A DNA stretch of 64,000 nucleotides from assembly GCA_977020255.1 (NCBI GenBank), contig CDROCS010000787.1:186001-250000 (forward strand). Reading direction: 5' to 3'. The position numbers and the translations under genes are program-made. Of this stretch, positions 10,433-24,204 are shown in pieces. The stretch comes from Obrimoposthia wandeli (lineage: Eukaryota). Every line of letters begins with the position of its first letter. Position 1 is the stretch's first letter. The notes under the pieces are model-generated. The model worked only from the letters and a program-made list of their open reading frames with translations. It was not told the DNA's origin and did not search any database.

Positions 10433-13400
10433 TGAATTTGAAAAACCTCCCTAATTGTGGGCACTTTAGATAACTATAAAATGTCAATTTAAATTGACTT
10501 TAAATTAATTAATTTTTATTAATTACCCAACAATATTATTCCATTTGATCTGTTCCAATGAATGAAGCAAATGTTGATAAAATATTAAATTACTATTTCA
10601 GCTTTTAAACAATTATTTGACTTCAAATCAAACTAAAAATCTAAATTTCGGCTAATTACATTCTTTAACAAATGTTATCTTCATAAATGTATTATCTGGC
10701 CAATTTAGTCTAGAAAGCTTATACAGGTTGCTTTCAGTTATATTTCTAATATTGTTGAAGCTAGAGTACTTTCACTGCTTAAAGAATAATCTAGGTCGTG
10801 AGTTCTTAAGACTAGTATGTAAGACGTATCCAGATTATTCTTAGCTCTGAATGTTAATTAATTTATTAATATATGTATTGTATTGTGAGACCTTATGGGA
10901 GTCCTTTGTAGATCTGAGCCCAGAATTCGCTTGATCAAATGGTGCAAATCCTGCTAATTCAGGTAAAAGTGTTGGTGGCAAAATTGTCTTCTTCTTCTTT
11001 TGAGAATATTTGTCACTATTTTGTATTGAAGAAAATAATAGTTTTCTTTTATATGTTTCCAAGACAGTAATTGGTCTGCTTGAATTTTTTTCTTCTTATG
11101 TTTATGCGACTGTGTCGCTTAGTGTTGCTGCTTAGTAGTTGTGCTACTGCTTTCTTTTGATAAATATACGGTGTTTAGTGGTGCCTCAGGTGACTATATT
11201 ACTAATTGATTCAGAGTTCACATGAGGTTAATTAACTCGTCCATTTTCCAACACGGAGTTAATTAATTATTTTTTTCTATAACTTTCCAGTTTCAATTTT
11301 AATTTAATTTTCAACGTTCCTAAAATGTCTTTGCAGGAACTGTAAGTATAGCAAAATTATTTTAGTAATTTTAATAAAATTGTTCATTTCTGGACCTCAA
11401 CAGTATGAACAATTTATCAATCACAAAAACTTAAATAAAACATTTTATTATCGTTTAAATTAGCATAAAACGTAATACAATTATTTAAATACAGAGTTAA
11501 AACCTAAAACAAATACAACTACATAGTTCTCAGATACGTAATTTGTGATGTCGAAATATCTGCATACTCCTAAACTATTTTTTGACATTGTTATGGGTCA
11601 TTTGTTGATTATTGAAAAATGCTAGAACCGTGGCGGGTCCGGGAATTTAACAGAAAGGTGTAAATGACGTTCTGCAAAGCTGCCTCAACTTTCTTCTAAA
11701 TTCATATCTTAAGTGACTCGACTCAAATAGTCAGCACATGTCACCTTAGGTTAATTAACTCAATTTCAGAGTTAACTAAGCTCTCATTCTTTGGATATTT
11801 TTCTGGTAATTTTAATTTCTTAATAAATATTTCCCCTTATTTGTACTTACACAGGATTATAATTATAGCTAATTTTATTTTATTTTACCACTTCCAATTG
11901 TTCTACTCTGAAATTCAACAATACTATAATTATTGTCAAATATATTGTATATTTCCTTTAATGAAATGTATTTTTAATGATAAAAATGTCAAGAAGATTT
12001 GAAACATGCTAATGGTAAAAAAACGATCTAAATCACATAGAAGGGTTAAAGCCAATTTAAGAAGAGCGTTTGAAACGACAATCCGAAAAATACTTTGAAT
12101 ATAAATTTACCTTAAAAATAATTTCCTGAAAAGATTTCCGTAAGACTAAACTTTATCACGTACATTTATTTGAAATCATCAAATTGATTAGCAATATACT
12201 TTTCCTGACCTTTAACTATTTTTGAAATGCTTTTTCAGTGTATTTCAAGTTAAGGTTTTTAATTGTTTAGGTTCTGTTTTAATACCTTTAATAACTTGAC
12301 TTTTTTACACCATATTAGATTAAAGAGCCTCGTCCTGTTAAAACGTAAAAGCACCAGCTATTATATTGTTATTCATCATTCAATCCATGTGTTAGCAATA
12401 TAAGGGTAAGCAACAAAATACGTCAGAATTCATCTAACTTTGACATTCACTTTAATTGATAAACATTTTACTGACGTTGTTGGCTTTTGATCCATCACAG
12501 TTTTTTCGTTTCCAAACTTTCATCATCCCTATGTGTTACTGATCTTGCTGATCTAACATGATAATTTGTACTGAATAGGATAAAACAAATTTCAAAATGT
12601 AAAATGAAAGGATCACAAAATTTACAATTATAGCTTACAGAAGATAAACAACTAAAGGAGGAATATGAAATAGTAATAGCGAAATAAGTTTAAATAAAAA
12701 ATATTTGAAAGACAGTGTCAAAATTACAAAGACATTTAAATACATTTAAGATTCAGAGAAAAGAGGATTGCAGTAGTATGTGATTTATCAGAGATCTTCA
12801 AGTAAAAGATAATGAAAGAGATCAACTAGTGTCATTGATTTTGATTATGGAAAGTATAATGTAATAACTTTCCGTCAAAAACTAAATTTAAGAGGGGGTA
12901 CTCGTATGAAGTCGCATATGCACTGAAACAATTATATATTTAAATTATGTACAAATACCGTTTTTTGAATCGAGGATTCACAATACTTATAAAATTCTGA
13001 GCAATAACATTAATTAATACCAAACTCAACATTCATTTACAATTGCATTAATAATTGAAAATAATACTTTTTCATTTATATTTAATTGTATTATAAATAT
13101 GCTAGCTCACAACTTGAAGTGCCAAACCTATTTTATATTTCTATAACGAAATTATTTTAAAATTATTAAAAAACTTCTGTAAAGTTTTATCACCCCACCA
13201 GCATTGAAATAAAAGTTAAAATGTAGATATTTAACCATAATTTATTTGTTATATTAAGATGAAATTGCAAATAACTTATTTTAAACTATTTTCTAAATTA
13301 TTATTTGTATAAATAACAACACATATGATTAATTTTAATAATTTAAAAACAGAATAATTATTTAAAATATTTAATAAAAATATAACTAATTCTGAATCTG

Positions 13401-14214
13401 TTTAGAAATAAATTTGACATACTTTGAAAAATAATAATCAAATAAATTTGTTAAATCACCTTTATATGAAAATATAGTATTTTTTAAAATTGTATTTTCT
13501 ACAATAATGTTTATTAAAATATTCGTCTAACAATTTGTAATTTTAGAAGATTCAAACAAATTAATATACTTGTTGATGATTATTTTGTATCTTAATACAA
13601 ATGGATCAATAAAAAAAACTATATAGAAGTTTCTATAAAGATGAAAAACTTTATTTTATGAATATAAAATAAATTGGTCATCTAGAGACAAAAACGTTCC
13701 CTTGTGAGTGTAGAAAATTTTATTGAGTGAAATAAATGAAGGCATTGTAGCTCTAGATGGGCTTTCTACATGATAGGCTTCTAGGTGTTTAATATGATCA
13801 AATATAAAAGTACATACGTTAATGTTATCTTTTAATGTTATTTATATGTTATAATATCAGTCTTTCATGTAAAATGTAATTATTTTAGTTTCATTTAAAA
13901 TATTTTAAAAATTTAGAAAATTTATTTTTAAAAAAATTCAAAAATAAAATTGTGTTATAAATTTTGTAATGAAGGGCTTAAATAATAGAGTTCGTATGTC
14001 GAAAAATATGTCAAAAATACAACAAGAAATTAGCTTTTCCTGGGAATTATTTCATTGCACCATTACATTTATTTTCTCTGTGTAAATAGTGAAATTTATG
14101 TTGTGTGGAGTCAATTTTGCTTCAGCAACCAATATTAGCCAATCAATATATTCCAAAATCAATAAATTCTTAGAGAAGATCATTTAGAACATTTACAAAT
14201 CAATTTTAGAATGT

Positions 14215-14496
14215 ATGTTAATAGCAATACGTATATCAAGTTCTAACATGGTTGACGATGAGTTTGACCGTTATTGCAATTGGTCACGAAATCCTAATGA
14301 CTTTATTAACAATTATTGTACTTCAGCGAAATACGAAATGGGTTCATATGAAATTTTGGATAGTCCAGATACTGAGATCGCTAATCATGTATCCGAAGAA
14401 AGTGCGAAATCTATTTTCTTAGATGAAAAGAATGACAATGAAAATAATGTATTACTATACCGAGTTAGAAGTTTTCGAAGAACTCACAAAGGAGTA
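14215..14496 (+). CDS. RGK-family small GTPase, first coding exon
   Basis: ATG at 14215 (or 14248). Ends ...LYRVRSFRRTHKGV with donor GTAAGT at 14497. Spliced to 29404 it gives YRVRSFRRTHKGV-INEGDRV, resembling the R(L/V)RSF...GV.N.GD motif of invertebrate RGK N-termini. Confidence 0.7.
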
Positions 14497-15029
14497 GTAA
14501 GTTACATATATTATAAAATAATTTTAAAGACGTAAAGTATTTGACTTTGATTAAAATGTATTTAATAATTTAACGTAAATTCTAAATTGTAATAATATGA
14601 TTATTTAATTTTTCTTTTTATTCATAAAGAGTTTTTTAGACACATACATTATTTATATATGATTAGAAATAGTTTTGGATAATATTAAAAATATAAATTC
14701 TACTGGATATTATGAAGTTTTAATGGTAAGTTTTTATTTCTTTTTATAACTATACTATTTCTGCATAGCATTGTTATTTTTAGACACAAACTTAACAAAT
14801 AGTTATGAATAGATGGCATTAAAAATCTCAAAGAATATGTAAATTTATTATACTTGTAATCGGTTCAAAGATTATTCATCAATTTTAAAGGGTTCACATT
14901 AAATTGGGTAATTTTATTTATCGAATATGTTGTTTGAGAAATGATTTTTAGTAAATATGAATTTGTGTTTCATTTTCATATCTTTCACAAAAATGTTTGT
15001 TCAAATTAATTATGAAATGTACTTTAAAA

Positions 15030-17914
15030 ATTGCTGAATCACGTGTTCTGAGGGATTTGACCAATTAGAGACCAACGATAATTTTTGATCATAAAAGTTC
15101 TCGTCTGACTATATATAGACATCGTGTTTTAGTTAGATGTTGCAAATTATTTATGTGGTAAAGAAGTCGACTTGATTAGTAGTGATTTGATAAGAAAAAT
15201 AAAGAGTCGAGTTTGGTAAAGGTGTGCTTTTGGTGTGGGTAATCCTTTGTTGAATCTAACAGATAAGGATAAGAAAAGCAAGACAAGTTGATATGCTTCT
15301 TTGTGCTGACCAAATTGAATTACAATGGTCAATTATAGAAATCGTAGGAAATCGAGGTGACCCTATAGCTAGGTTAACTCCACTAGGATGGACATGCGTA
15401 GGGAAAGTGAACGTGAATATAGCTGTACAAAACAAACAAATTTCATTCGTGTGTTCTCAACAAATGCTGAGCTCGACGTTTAATTAAAAAGATTTTGAGA
15501 AATTAATTATATTGAAAATAAAGAATATGATATGTTTAAGCCTGATTGAAAAATATATCAATCAATGGTTAAGTCAATTACCAGAGTGGGTGGTCAGTAC
15601 TCAATAAAAATGGCATGGAGACAAAATAAAAATCAATTACTCCCAAATATAAATGTTGTATTAAATAGATTGGAAGGTTTGTATACACGACTTAATAATG
15701 ATGCCTTTTTGAAAAGGGAATATGCAAAAATGAGCAATAACCAAATAGTGAAAGGATATTTAAAGGTGATAGATGAATTAAGGGATGGAAATATAAAATT
15801 GTATTAACATCACTTTTCCGTTATCGGAATGTATAAAGAAACTATAAAGATTCATATTGTATTTGATGTTGTAGCAAAAGTAAATGGAATGTATCCAAAT
15901 AATATCATTGAATGTGAACCTAAGCTACAAAGTAATTTGAAATATATAATTTTGTGGTCTGAAAGAAAAATAGCTTTGGTGTGCAATGTTTCAGAAATGT
16001 ATTTGCAAATAGTTGTTTATTAAGAGGATCAAAGTTAGATGCGATTTCTGTGGAAGAATAACGAAGGGAAACAGGAGAATTATGAATATGAATGAGTTGT
16101 TTTTTGAATTTATTACATCACCAGTTTTCGCAAGTTAATAATAAGAGGAAATGTTTAAAAGATCCGCTGAATCAGTGCTCGAATCTATATATATGTACAA
16201 CAAATTAGATTCGATTGAAGAAGCAATAAGTTTGAATTAAATATTTGCCTGCAGTTTGGAAAGAAGCTATGATGGTAGTGAATATGTGGATTAGCTATAA
16301 TGGAGACGTAAATCATACTATTGAAGTAAAGAAAAGAGCAAGTGGATTTCAAAGAGAATATGAAAGCTCAATAATAATAATAAGCTTTATGAATTAGCTG
16401 GCAAGCAACACAGGATGTTTTAACATTTACAGTAAATTTTAATGATGACTATGTAGTAACCAAGACAAAGGGTTTAGGATATTTGTCCAGAATATTTGAT
16501 CCTTTAGGATTATAAGCCCTGTAGTGATAGTTGCTAGAATAATTATGCAGCGAATTTGGTTTACCGGAAGAGGATGGGATGACAATTTAAGTAATGCTTA
16601 GAAAGAAGTAATTTCAAGTTGGATACAATATTATCATGCCTTAGGTTCAAACACCACGTTACTTAACGAAAATAGACAGCAAGGCTACAAAAATACATTT
16701 ATTTGTGGATGCCTCTATTAAAGCTTATAGAGCTTTAGCACATATTCAAAAACCAATTGGGATAAAGTGAAAGTTCGTCCAATTGCATAAAAAGCAAGAG
16801 TGACACATTTAAAACCAGTAAGTATTTCAACAAATAGCTGCATGTGAAAGAGTTCGATTGACAAAGTTAATTAAAGAAAGTTGCGTTTTAGTGTGATTGT
16901 GAGAACGTACTTTGGTGGATAAAATAACCAAACCGGTGCTATCAAAATTTTGTGACTAATTAGGTAGAACGTACTCAAGAAGACACAATTCCTGAACTAT
17001 GGCAATATGTTCCGTCTCAACAAAAGCCATCAGACATTTTATCTCGAATAAAGGACACATTTTACTGTGCTGATAATAAATTATGGTGGCATGGATCAGA
17101 ATTTCTAAGGAAGAGTGAGACAAAATAGCCATCAAGTTCGAGTTTTCAAAACAAGAATGATGAAATAGAAAGAAAGAAGCCTATAATATCATTAATCACT
17201 TCAATTTTAGATGGCTTCCAGGTAGAGATTTATTTCAGTTTTAGTAGATTAGTAATATTACGAGTTTGGATTAGGTGACTTATTAATCATTGTAAAGTTA
17301 GACAGTGAAACGAAAGATTGGACTAATAAGCGTGGAAGAATTAGAGTTTAGTACATTCGAGGTATGTATTCAAAGAACATCAAAATAAATATTTTTACGG
17401 TGAAGTAAAATAATTGCATTTGTCTAAAAAAGTAAAGAGATCAAGCAAACTGTTGAAAATGAACTCAAAATTAAATTATTCTCAAATCATGCAATTAACT
17501 TTCAGACGTTCATACGTAGTTTTAGATTTCAATTCGAGATTTCCTGAACCTTTGTCAGGAAAATGTTGAATAAATTGGCTATTAATCAAAGAGGAACATG
17601 ACAAACATAAGCATTATGTGGGTATTCAACATATGATAGAAAAGGTGAGAAAACTTATCAGCAAAAGTATAGAAGCTATGCGGACCTTGTATCAAATTTA
17701 AAACAAGGCCCATGTCTCAAATAATAACATCATTATCCGGATTGTGTTTCAAATAACAATTAAGAGCAAGAGTTTGGGTAGATTTTACTGGATATTTTTG
17801 ACCAAGTAAGGTAGAAAGAGAACACATGAAAAGATATATGTTTGTTTATTTACTTGTTTACAAACGAGATCCATTCATTTAGAACTCAGTTACGGCCTGG
17901 ACACTGACGCTTCT
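15030..17914 (+). mobile_element. Degenerate BEL/Pao LTR retrotransposon, left part (protease-adjacent region, RT, RNase H, start of integrase)
   Basis: Broken frames encode DMLL.AD...GDPIARLTPLGWTCVG, RIFDPLGLL.PVVIVARIIMQRIW..GRGWDD, LFVDASIKAY and RSIHLELSYGLDTDA. Many stops and frameshifts; no LTRs found. The left boundary is approximate. Confidence 0.85.
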
Positions 17915-18213
17915 TGTTTGAGGGACCATTAAATTGGTAAAACATAGAAATACACAACATAGATTCTTTATTTATCATTACATTAACTTTCAAATTAAAA
18001 ACTTTCCATAACAACTTCTTCAAATGACCAAGGTCACTTTTTAACTTTTTTAAACAATTCCAAACTTTAACATATTAAAAACTTTTATATATACCTTCAT
18101 CGCTACTTTCATTACCCACCCTACCGTCATCCTAATTATTACTATTTAATTTATTTAATTAATAATATTTAGTATTTAATTCTTTTCTATTAATAATAAT
18201 TAATTCTTCAACA
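17915..18213 (-). repeat. 3' LTR of the nested BEL/Pao element
   Basis: TGTTTGAGG...TTCTTCAACA, a direct repeat of 25495-25796 with roughly 20 differences by eye. A polypurine tract (minus strand TGGGGGAAAA, 18214-18223) abuts it. Confidence 0.95.
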
Positions 18214-21200
18214 TTTTCCCCCATTTGATCAGACTAGATCAATCTACGACTTAACTATATTCTATTTAACTTACTATTATTTCTCATACTCTTTACTCAT
18301 CATTATCACCCAGTCACATGCTTACTTTCATTATTCAGCATTGACATAAGGATAACAATGAGCAAATTATAAAACAGCTCAAAGGACCCAATCTAATTTA
18401 CACAAGCTATGCAGCGCTCTAACTATTAACTTATTTTCCACCCTAATCTTAGCTACTCTCACCTTGCCATCCTCTCCGGTCTCTAATTTTTCCATTCTAC
18501 CTAATTTCCATTTACCTCTCTCCTCTTGCTTCTCTATTATTCACAAGATGTCATCGATCAGTAACGGTGTGCCACTTTTGCCACATGGGTACTATCTCCT
18601 CCATCCATCGCTTCTATAGCATACTGGTTAACTTTTGGACAAATTTCTATCTGTGCTTCGACCTTATTTCATCACTCCCAAACTTCTTCTCAGCATACGC
18701 TTGATTTATTAAAAAAATGGTTGGGTGTAAGAGCCTCAATTTCCTTCGCAACCATGCTCTTAACTCCAATGGATCTAGAATTTACAAGGCTTTCAGCTTC
18801 GATGAATACTGATTGTAATTCTTCGTCAGTCACTTCGGCTCCTCTTAGTATCCGGTATATAGCCATTTTGGCACATTTTATCAGGATCTCAAAGATCCCT
18901 CCAAAATGTGGTACATGTGGTTGGTTGAAGACCCAACGTATCTCCTCCTTTACTAACTCCCTTTGAATCCGATAACCGTCCCGTATTAATTCGCTCACTT
19001 CATTAAACGCCCCCACAAAATTTGTGCTATAATCCGATATTATCATCCGTGGTCTCTCTCTTCTTCCTATAAATCTTTTTAATGCCCTAATAAACCCATC
19101 GACATCCAAACCATAAGCCATCTCTAAATGAATGGCCTGCGTTTGCAGGCATGTAAAAAGGTAAGGGTATATCTTAGTCCTCACTCTTCCTCGTCTTTGT
19201 TTTGTGATGAGTGGCCCTGTAAAGTCCACTCCGACGTTTGCAAAGGCCCTTAACGGTTGTTTGAATCTGAATCCCTGCAAGGGGGCCATCTCTTCGACCA
19301 TCACTGCGGCTTTACTTTTAAAGTATTTTTAAATCGTATTATCCAAGCTAAGACTCTCTTCAACCTCGTCAAGTCGGAATAAGTCTCTATCTTGAAACAG
19401 TTTACTTCCTGTATGAACATTGTTACCTCCTTGTACCGTCTCTTTTTCTCTTTATCTGACTGTATTTCTTCTAAGTCTAAATTTACTAGCCAATTTTATT
19501 TCTGTTTCTTTAGGTACTCCGGTCCTTCCCACAAAATTGTCTCATCAATCAATAGCTGTACATCGACTCCCCGCGATAGTATATCTGCTGGATTTAGCTA
19601 AGTGAACACATACCTTTAGAGCTTTATATCTGTATCCTCTTGGATCATTCCCACTCGGTTGGCTACAAAGGGGTTGTAGTCTCTTTCGGCTGGCGTATCC
19701 ACCATAATACGTTCTAACTGTCCCACCAAAATGTTGTTTTTACCTCCATTAAATTTAAGCCTCCCATATCGTTTGTGCTAACTTCACTCCAATCACTGCA
19801 GCCATCAGCTCTAATCTGGGTACACTTTTTATCCTCACTGGGGCAACTCTACTCTTAGCTGCCATCAATCGCATCGTCACTCTGCCTGCGTCTTCATTAC
19901 GCATGTATGCTACTGCGCCATACGCGGTAGTCGAGACATCCATGAATACGTGCATTTCTTGCTTTTTCTCATTCGTTATCACCCACCTCGGAATCTTTCT
20001 CTGTCAATCGCTTACAATCCGCTATCCATTGTACTATTCTCCTAGTTAATTCTTGACTTACTTTGTGATCCCAATCCGACCCTGTAAGCCAGACTTCCTG
20101 CATAATAATTTTGGCTCTTATGACTATCGGGCTAACAAAACCTAATGGATCAAACACTTTTGATAAAAGCTTAAGAAAGATCGTTTGGTTATGTCGTCGA
20201 CTTCGTAAAATTTTGTTAATATGAAAATATTGTTAAATTTAACATCCCAGTGTACGCCTAATGTTTTTACTGTTAAGTTACCCTCTTTGTCATGTAATTG
20301 TAATGCATTTGCTCTTTCTGAAAGTTGTATTTTTTCATTAACCTCCGGGCTATTGCTAATCCACTTCCTTGCAATCATCCCTGCATTCCCCCATATTTTC
20401 ACCATCTGATCTTTTAGCTTATCTGCTTCGGTTACTGAAGACACTGAATCTAGACTATCGTTCTTGTAGGTTGATTGCAAAATTGTCTCACTGGCTCTTG
20501 GGCTCTTCACTTTAAATGTTCAGCCTCTACTCTGGTTACCAGTTGAGCCAAGAACGGTGAAGCATTTATTCCAAAGACTACTCTCTGAAATTTATACATT
20601 TCCCTCTGGTTCTTTCTATTTTTCCTTAAGAACATTAGCCATGGCCGGTCTTCCTAACATACCTTGATCTGTAAGTACATCTCTGAAATATCACACACTA
20701 ACGCTATTACATTCCTCGGAATCGCAGAAGAATTGCTATAAGATCTCCTTGCAGCTTGAGACCACAATTGATTGCCTCATTTAGACTCATATTATTACTT
20801 TTCCCGCTGCGCCAAAGACTAATCTTACTTGTGTTGTACTTTTTTTCCTTTTTATCACTGGGAAATAAGGTAGTAACCAATTTGTTTCTTTCTCTTCATC
20901 TAGCGTTAACTTTTTTATGTATCCGTTAGTCATATAATTTTTTATTACTGTTGAATAGTCGTCTTTTAATAATCGATCCTTATCCAACTTTCTGATGAGA
21001 CTATTTAACCTTTTTTCGATCATGGAGCTATTCATTCTCAATTCGGCTTTTTTCTCATTCCATAGCAACTTAACTTCATAGCGGTTGTTCTCATGTACCA
21101 CTTCTGCTCTTGATAAGTGTAGCAATTGAGACTCCTCGTAATTTATCTTCCTTTTTCCATCAGGAACAGATTCAACTTCCCAGAATCTTCTTAAATCAAT

Positions 21201-24200
21201 ACCCACTTCTTCCTTACTGAATAGTGTATAGCATATATTGGTCGATTGATTGACCGCGTTTGTCTTGACACATATCCACCCTAGTGTTGTTAATCTCGCA
21301 ATAGGTGCATCACGTGGACCTACTACTTCTTTGATACATCGGTGTAAATCCAGGTGGTCAGCTTCAATTAGTATATCAACCTTCTTTTGGGACTCTTAAT
21401 TCGTAAATTCAATGCCTGCTAAATCTAGCCAGTAAAATGATTCTTCAGACCAGTTTATCACCTCTAAGCTGTCAGCAATTTCCTCCAGCGTCAACATCTT
21501 TACTACTTGTTTAGTTTTCCCATATCCTCTGCTAATTTCGGCTTCTATCTCTTTGCAGTCTAACTTACGCACCTCACCACCAATAACTCCCATTGGCAGT
21601 TCTATTTTTGTATCTCGTGCTCCCAAAATGTAAGCTAGATCCTTACTTATATATGATAGGGTACCAGCGTCATCTAATAGTGCGTTCGCGCATGTTTCAA
21701 TTCATTTTCTCCTTATTATCACTGGCACTGTCCTTAACGCTACGAATGCGCGTGCTTTCTGTTGTTTATCCTTTATTACCATTGTTTTACCTACTACCCT
21801 TTCCCCACTTTATCGTGCAGAAGCCAATGATGCTTTTCGTGACATTCATATGTCCGACATAACTTGTTAAATCTCCACTTCTCCACCGTGTGATTACTGC
21901 GTAAGCAATTCTTGCATACTTTCTCTCTCTCGACCCACTTCTGCCTCGCTGCCACTGTCAACTGTCTAACTTGCTCACATTGATCAGTATATTGGTTGGC
22001 TTTACATTTTGCACATTTGACCTTTCTTTCGAATTTGTGGATTGGTTATTCGTAAGTAATGTGTGAGTGTAATGATGTGTGTCATTGTTTTATCTCCCGT
22101 GTTTTTCAACGTCGCTGGTTCGTCTTCTTTGATTCTCACGACTTCCATTAACCTTGTTGGCTCTCCTTAGATTCTCACTTTCTTGCTGGGTCCATATCTT
22201 TAACATACATACATTTTATTTCTCTCCGTTTTGTTGGAACCACTTAGTCCAATCCATCACTCCTAACATTGGCAACTTTCTCAAAAGCTTGTTGAACAGA
22301 AACCCATTTCCAAGATCACCTTTGTTGTTTTCTTCTCTTGCTCTGATTACTATCTTGTTTATTAATTGTACAAATGCATCCAGATCCTTGGTTTTCTCTC
22401 CATCTTATCACTCTAAACTTTTCAACTTCGTCCATTAAACCTCTATAATTTCTTTCCCTTCCTCCGTATCTTTATTCTAGCAATCTTAAAGCTTCGTCGT
22501 AACTTGTATCTGTGAACCCAAGGTTTTGAATTAATCTGTAGGGTTCACACCTCACATATTCCATCAGCTGTAGCACTTTTTCTTGCTTTGGCGCATTGGT
22601 CAGATCAACGACAGTACCAAATATTACCCTACAACTTTCATAATCTTTATAATCCCCAAAGAAATATGGAATACTAATCTTTTTTAGCCCCTTCCACACA
22701 TTTTGGCCAGACTTATTTTCTCTGGGTTCGTCTCTCATATTCCTTGGTTCTTTTGTGGTCTTACTTTCAAATTCCTTTTCTGCTTTTGCAATATCACTCT
22801 TTATTTCCTTTATCTTGAGTTCGTATTTGTTTTCCACCGTCTGCTCCAACTCTTTGTTATTCTGGTAACTGAATATTCGTATACCTCTTTCTCTTGTCTG
22901 AATCCTCTTTTGTATTCCGTGCTTCCGTCTATTTATCCCCAGCCAATATTATATACAAACTTGTAACCCTCTCCGCGCTCTCATTGTTTACCTCCCACAT
23001 TCTCCCTTTCAACATCATCATCACGACAATATTGCTTTCTTCGCCAATGCTCTCCCCCATCTCAACTTTCCTTCCCTGGCGTTGTAACCAGCAATTCTCC
23101 TCCTCCAACCCATATCGCTTCTGATTCTCCTCCATTGCATCCTTTCCTGTGCCATTTCGTTTCAAGGCACTACCTTTATATGTGCCCCTATGCATAAAAG
23201 GTATTGACCCACATCACTACTTCCTCTAGCAGGCCCATTATCTCCGATAATGTAACCACCACTGAATGCGCACTTCTTCTCTTGGACTTCACCGCTTGAC
23301 CTCCATGTTAATTCTTCCACTCTTTCATCTTCATAAACGCATCTGACTTCTATTGGTTTCTCCTCTGCATCCGAACATTGACATCACTGGCTATCGTATC
23401 TGTCATTCTTTCAACAGTTATCTCTTCTTGACATTGCCACTCTTCTTGAAAGGTTCTAGCCACCTTTTCCTGAGGCCATGGCCACGATCCTTGCGTTTGG
23501 ATGCACGCTGACACCGTCCTCAACCGACATTGCGAAGCATCCCTCCATCAGACTTCGTCTATAGACCTCCGCCAATGCCGGCTGAGGTAATTTCTCGGAT
23601 CGTGCCTGAAATCCTTTGAAATTCTCCACATATGATTCGTCAAAGAATGAGTCAAACGTCTCCTTGAATCGTTTATAATCGCTTATCGAATTAAAACTTT
23701 CCCTGCGATTTAACTTTACTTTTACTATGTATTTCATCATTTTGGTATTTGTTATTTGGTAGTCGTATAATATGACTATTAAAAAATTAACTACTACCAA
23801 CAAAACAAAACTAAATACTATATTTCTATACATGAAATGTCGAAAAATTGAACCTTTTACATTGAACCCTTTTACTTTTAATTTAGAAAATAACGGTGTG
23901 AGTCCCGGTAAAAAAATTGTAAAAAGGTCCAACCTTCAGCAGCGACTTGTCCACTCATAATATTTGGCGCATGATAAAGGGCTCCAGCTGTGGCACCTTC
24001 TCCGATTGTCCGATCGCCCGTCGTATCCATCTTGAAATCTTCAGGTCCTTGTCCATTTTGTCCTGACCATTTTCAAGTGACGCTCCCTGCTCCACGAGTT
24101 TGGTGAGATTCTCTATCTCCAACTTGATCTTTTCCCGAGCCAACTTCTATGCTTTCTCGGTTTTCTTCTTCATTGACGCTATTGTCTTCTGATCCTCTTG

Positions 24201-24204
24201 TGAC

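Noticed and set aside
10500-11180. Minus-strand ORF 10841-11062 as a Penelope RT or GIY-YIG linked to the ribozyme
   Set aside because: No RT or GIY-YIG motifs are recognisable in any frame.
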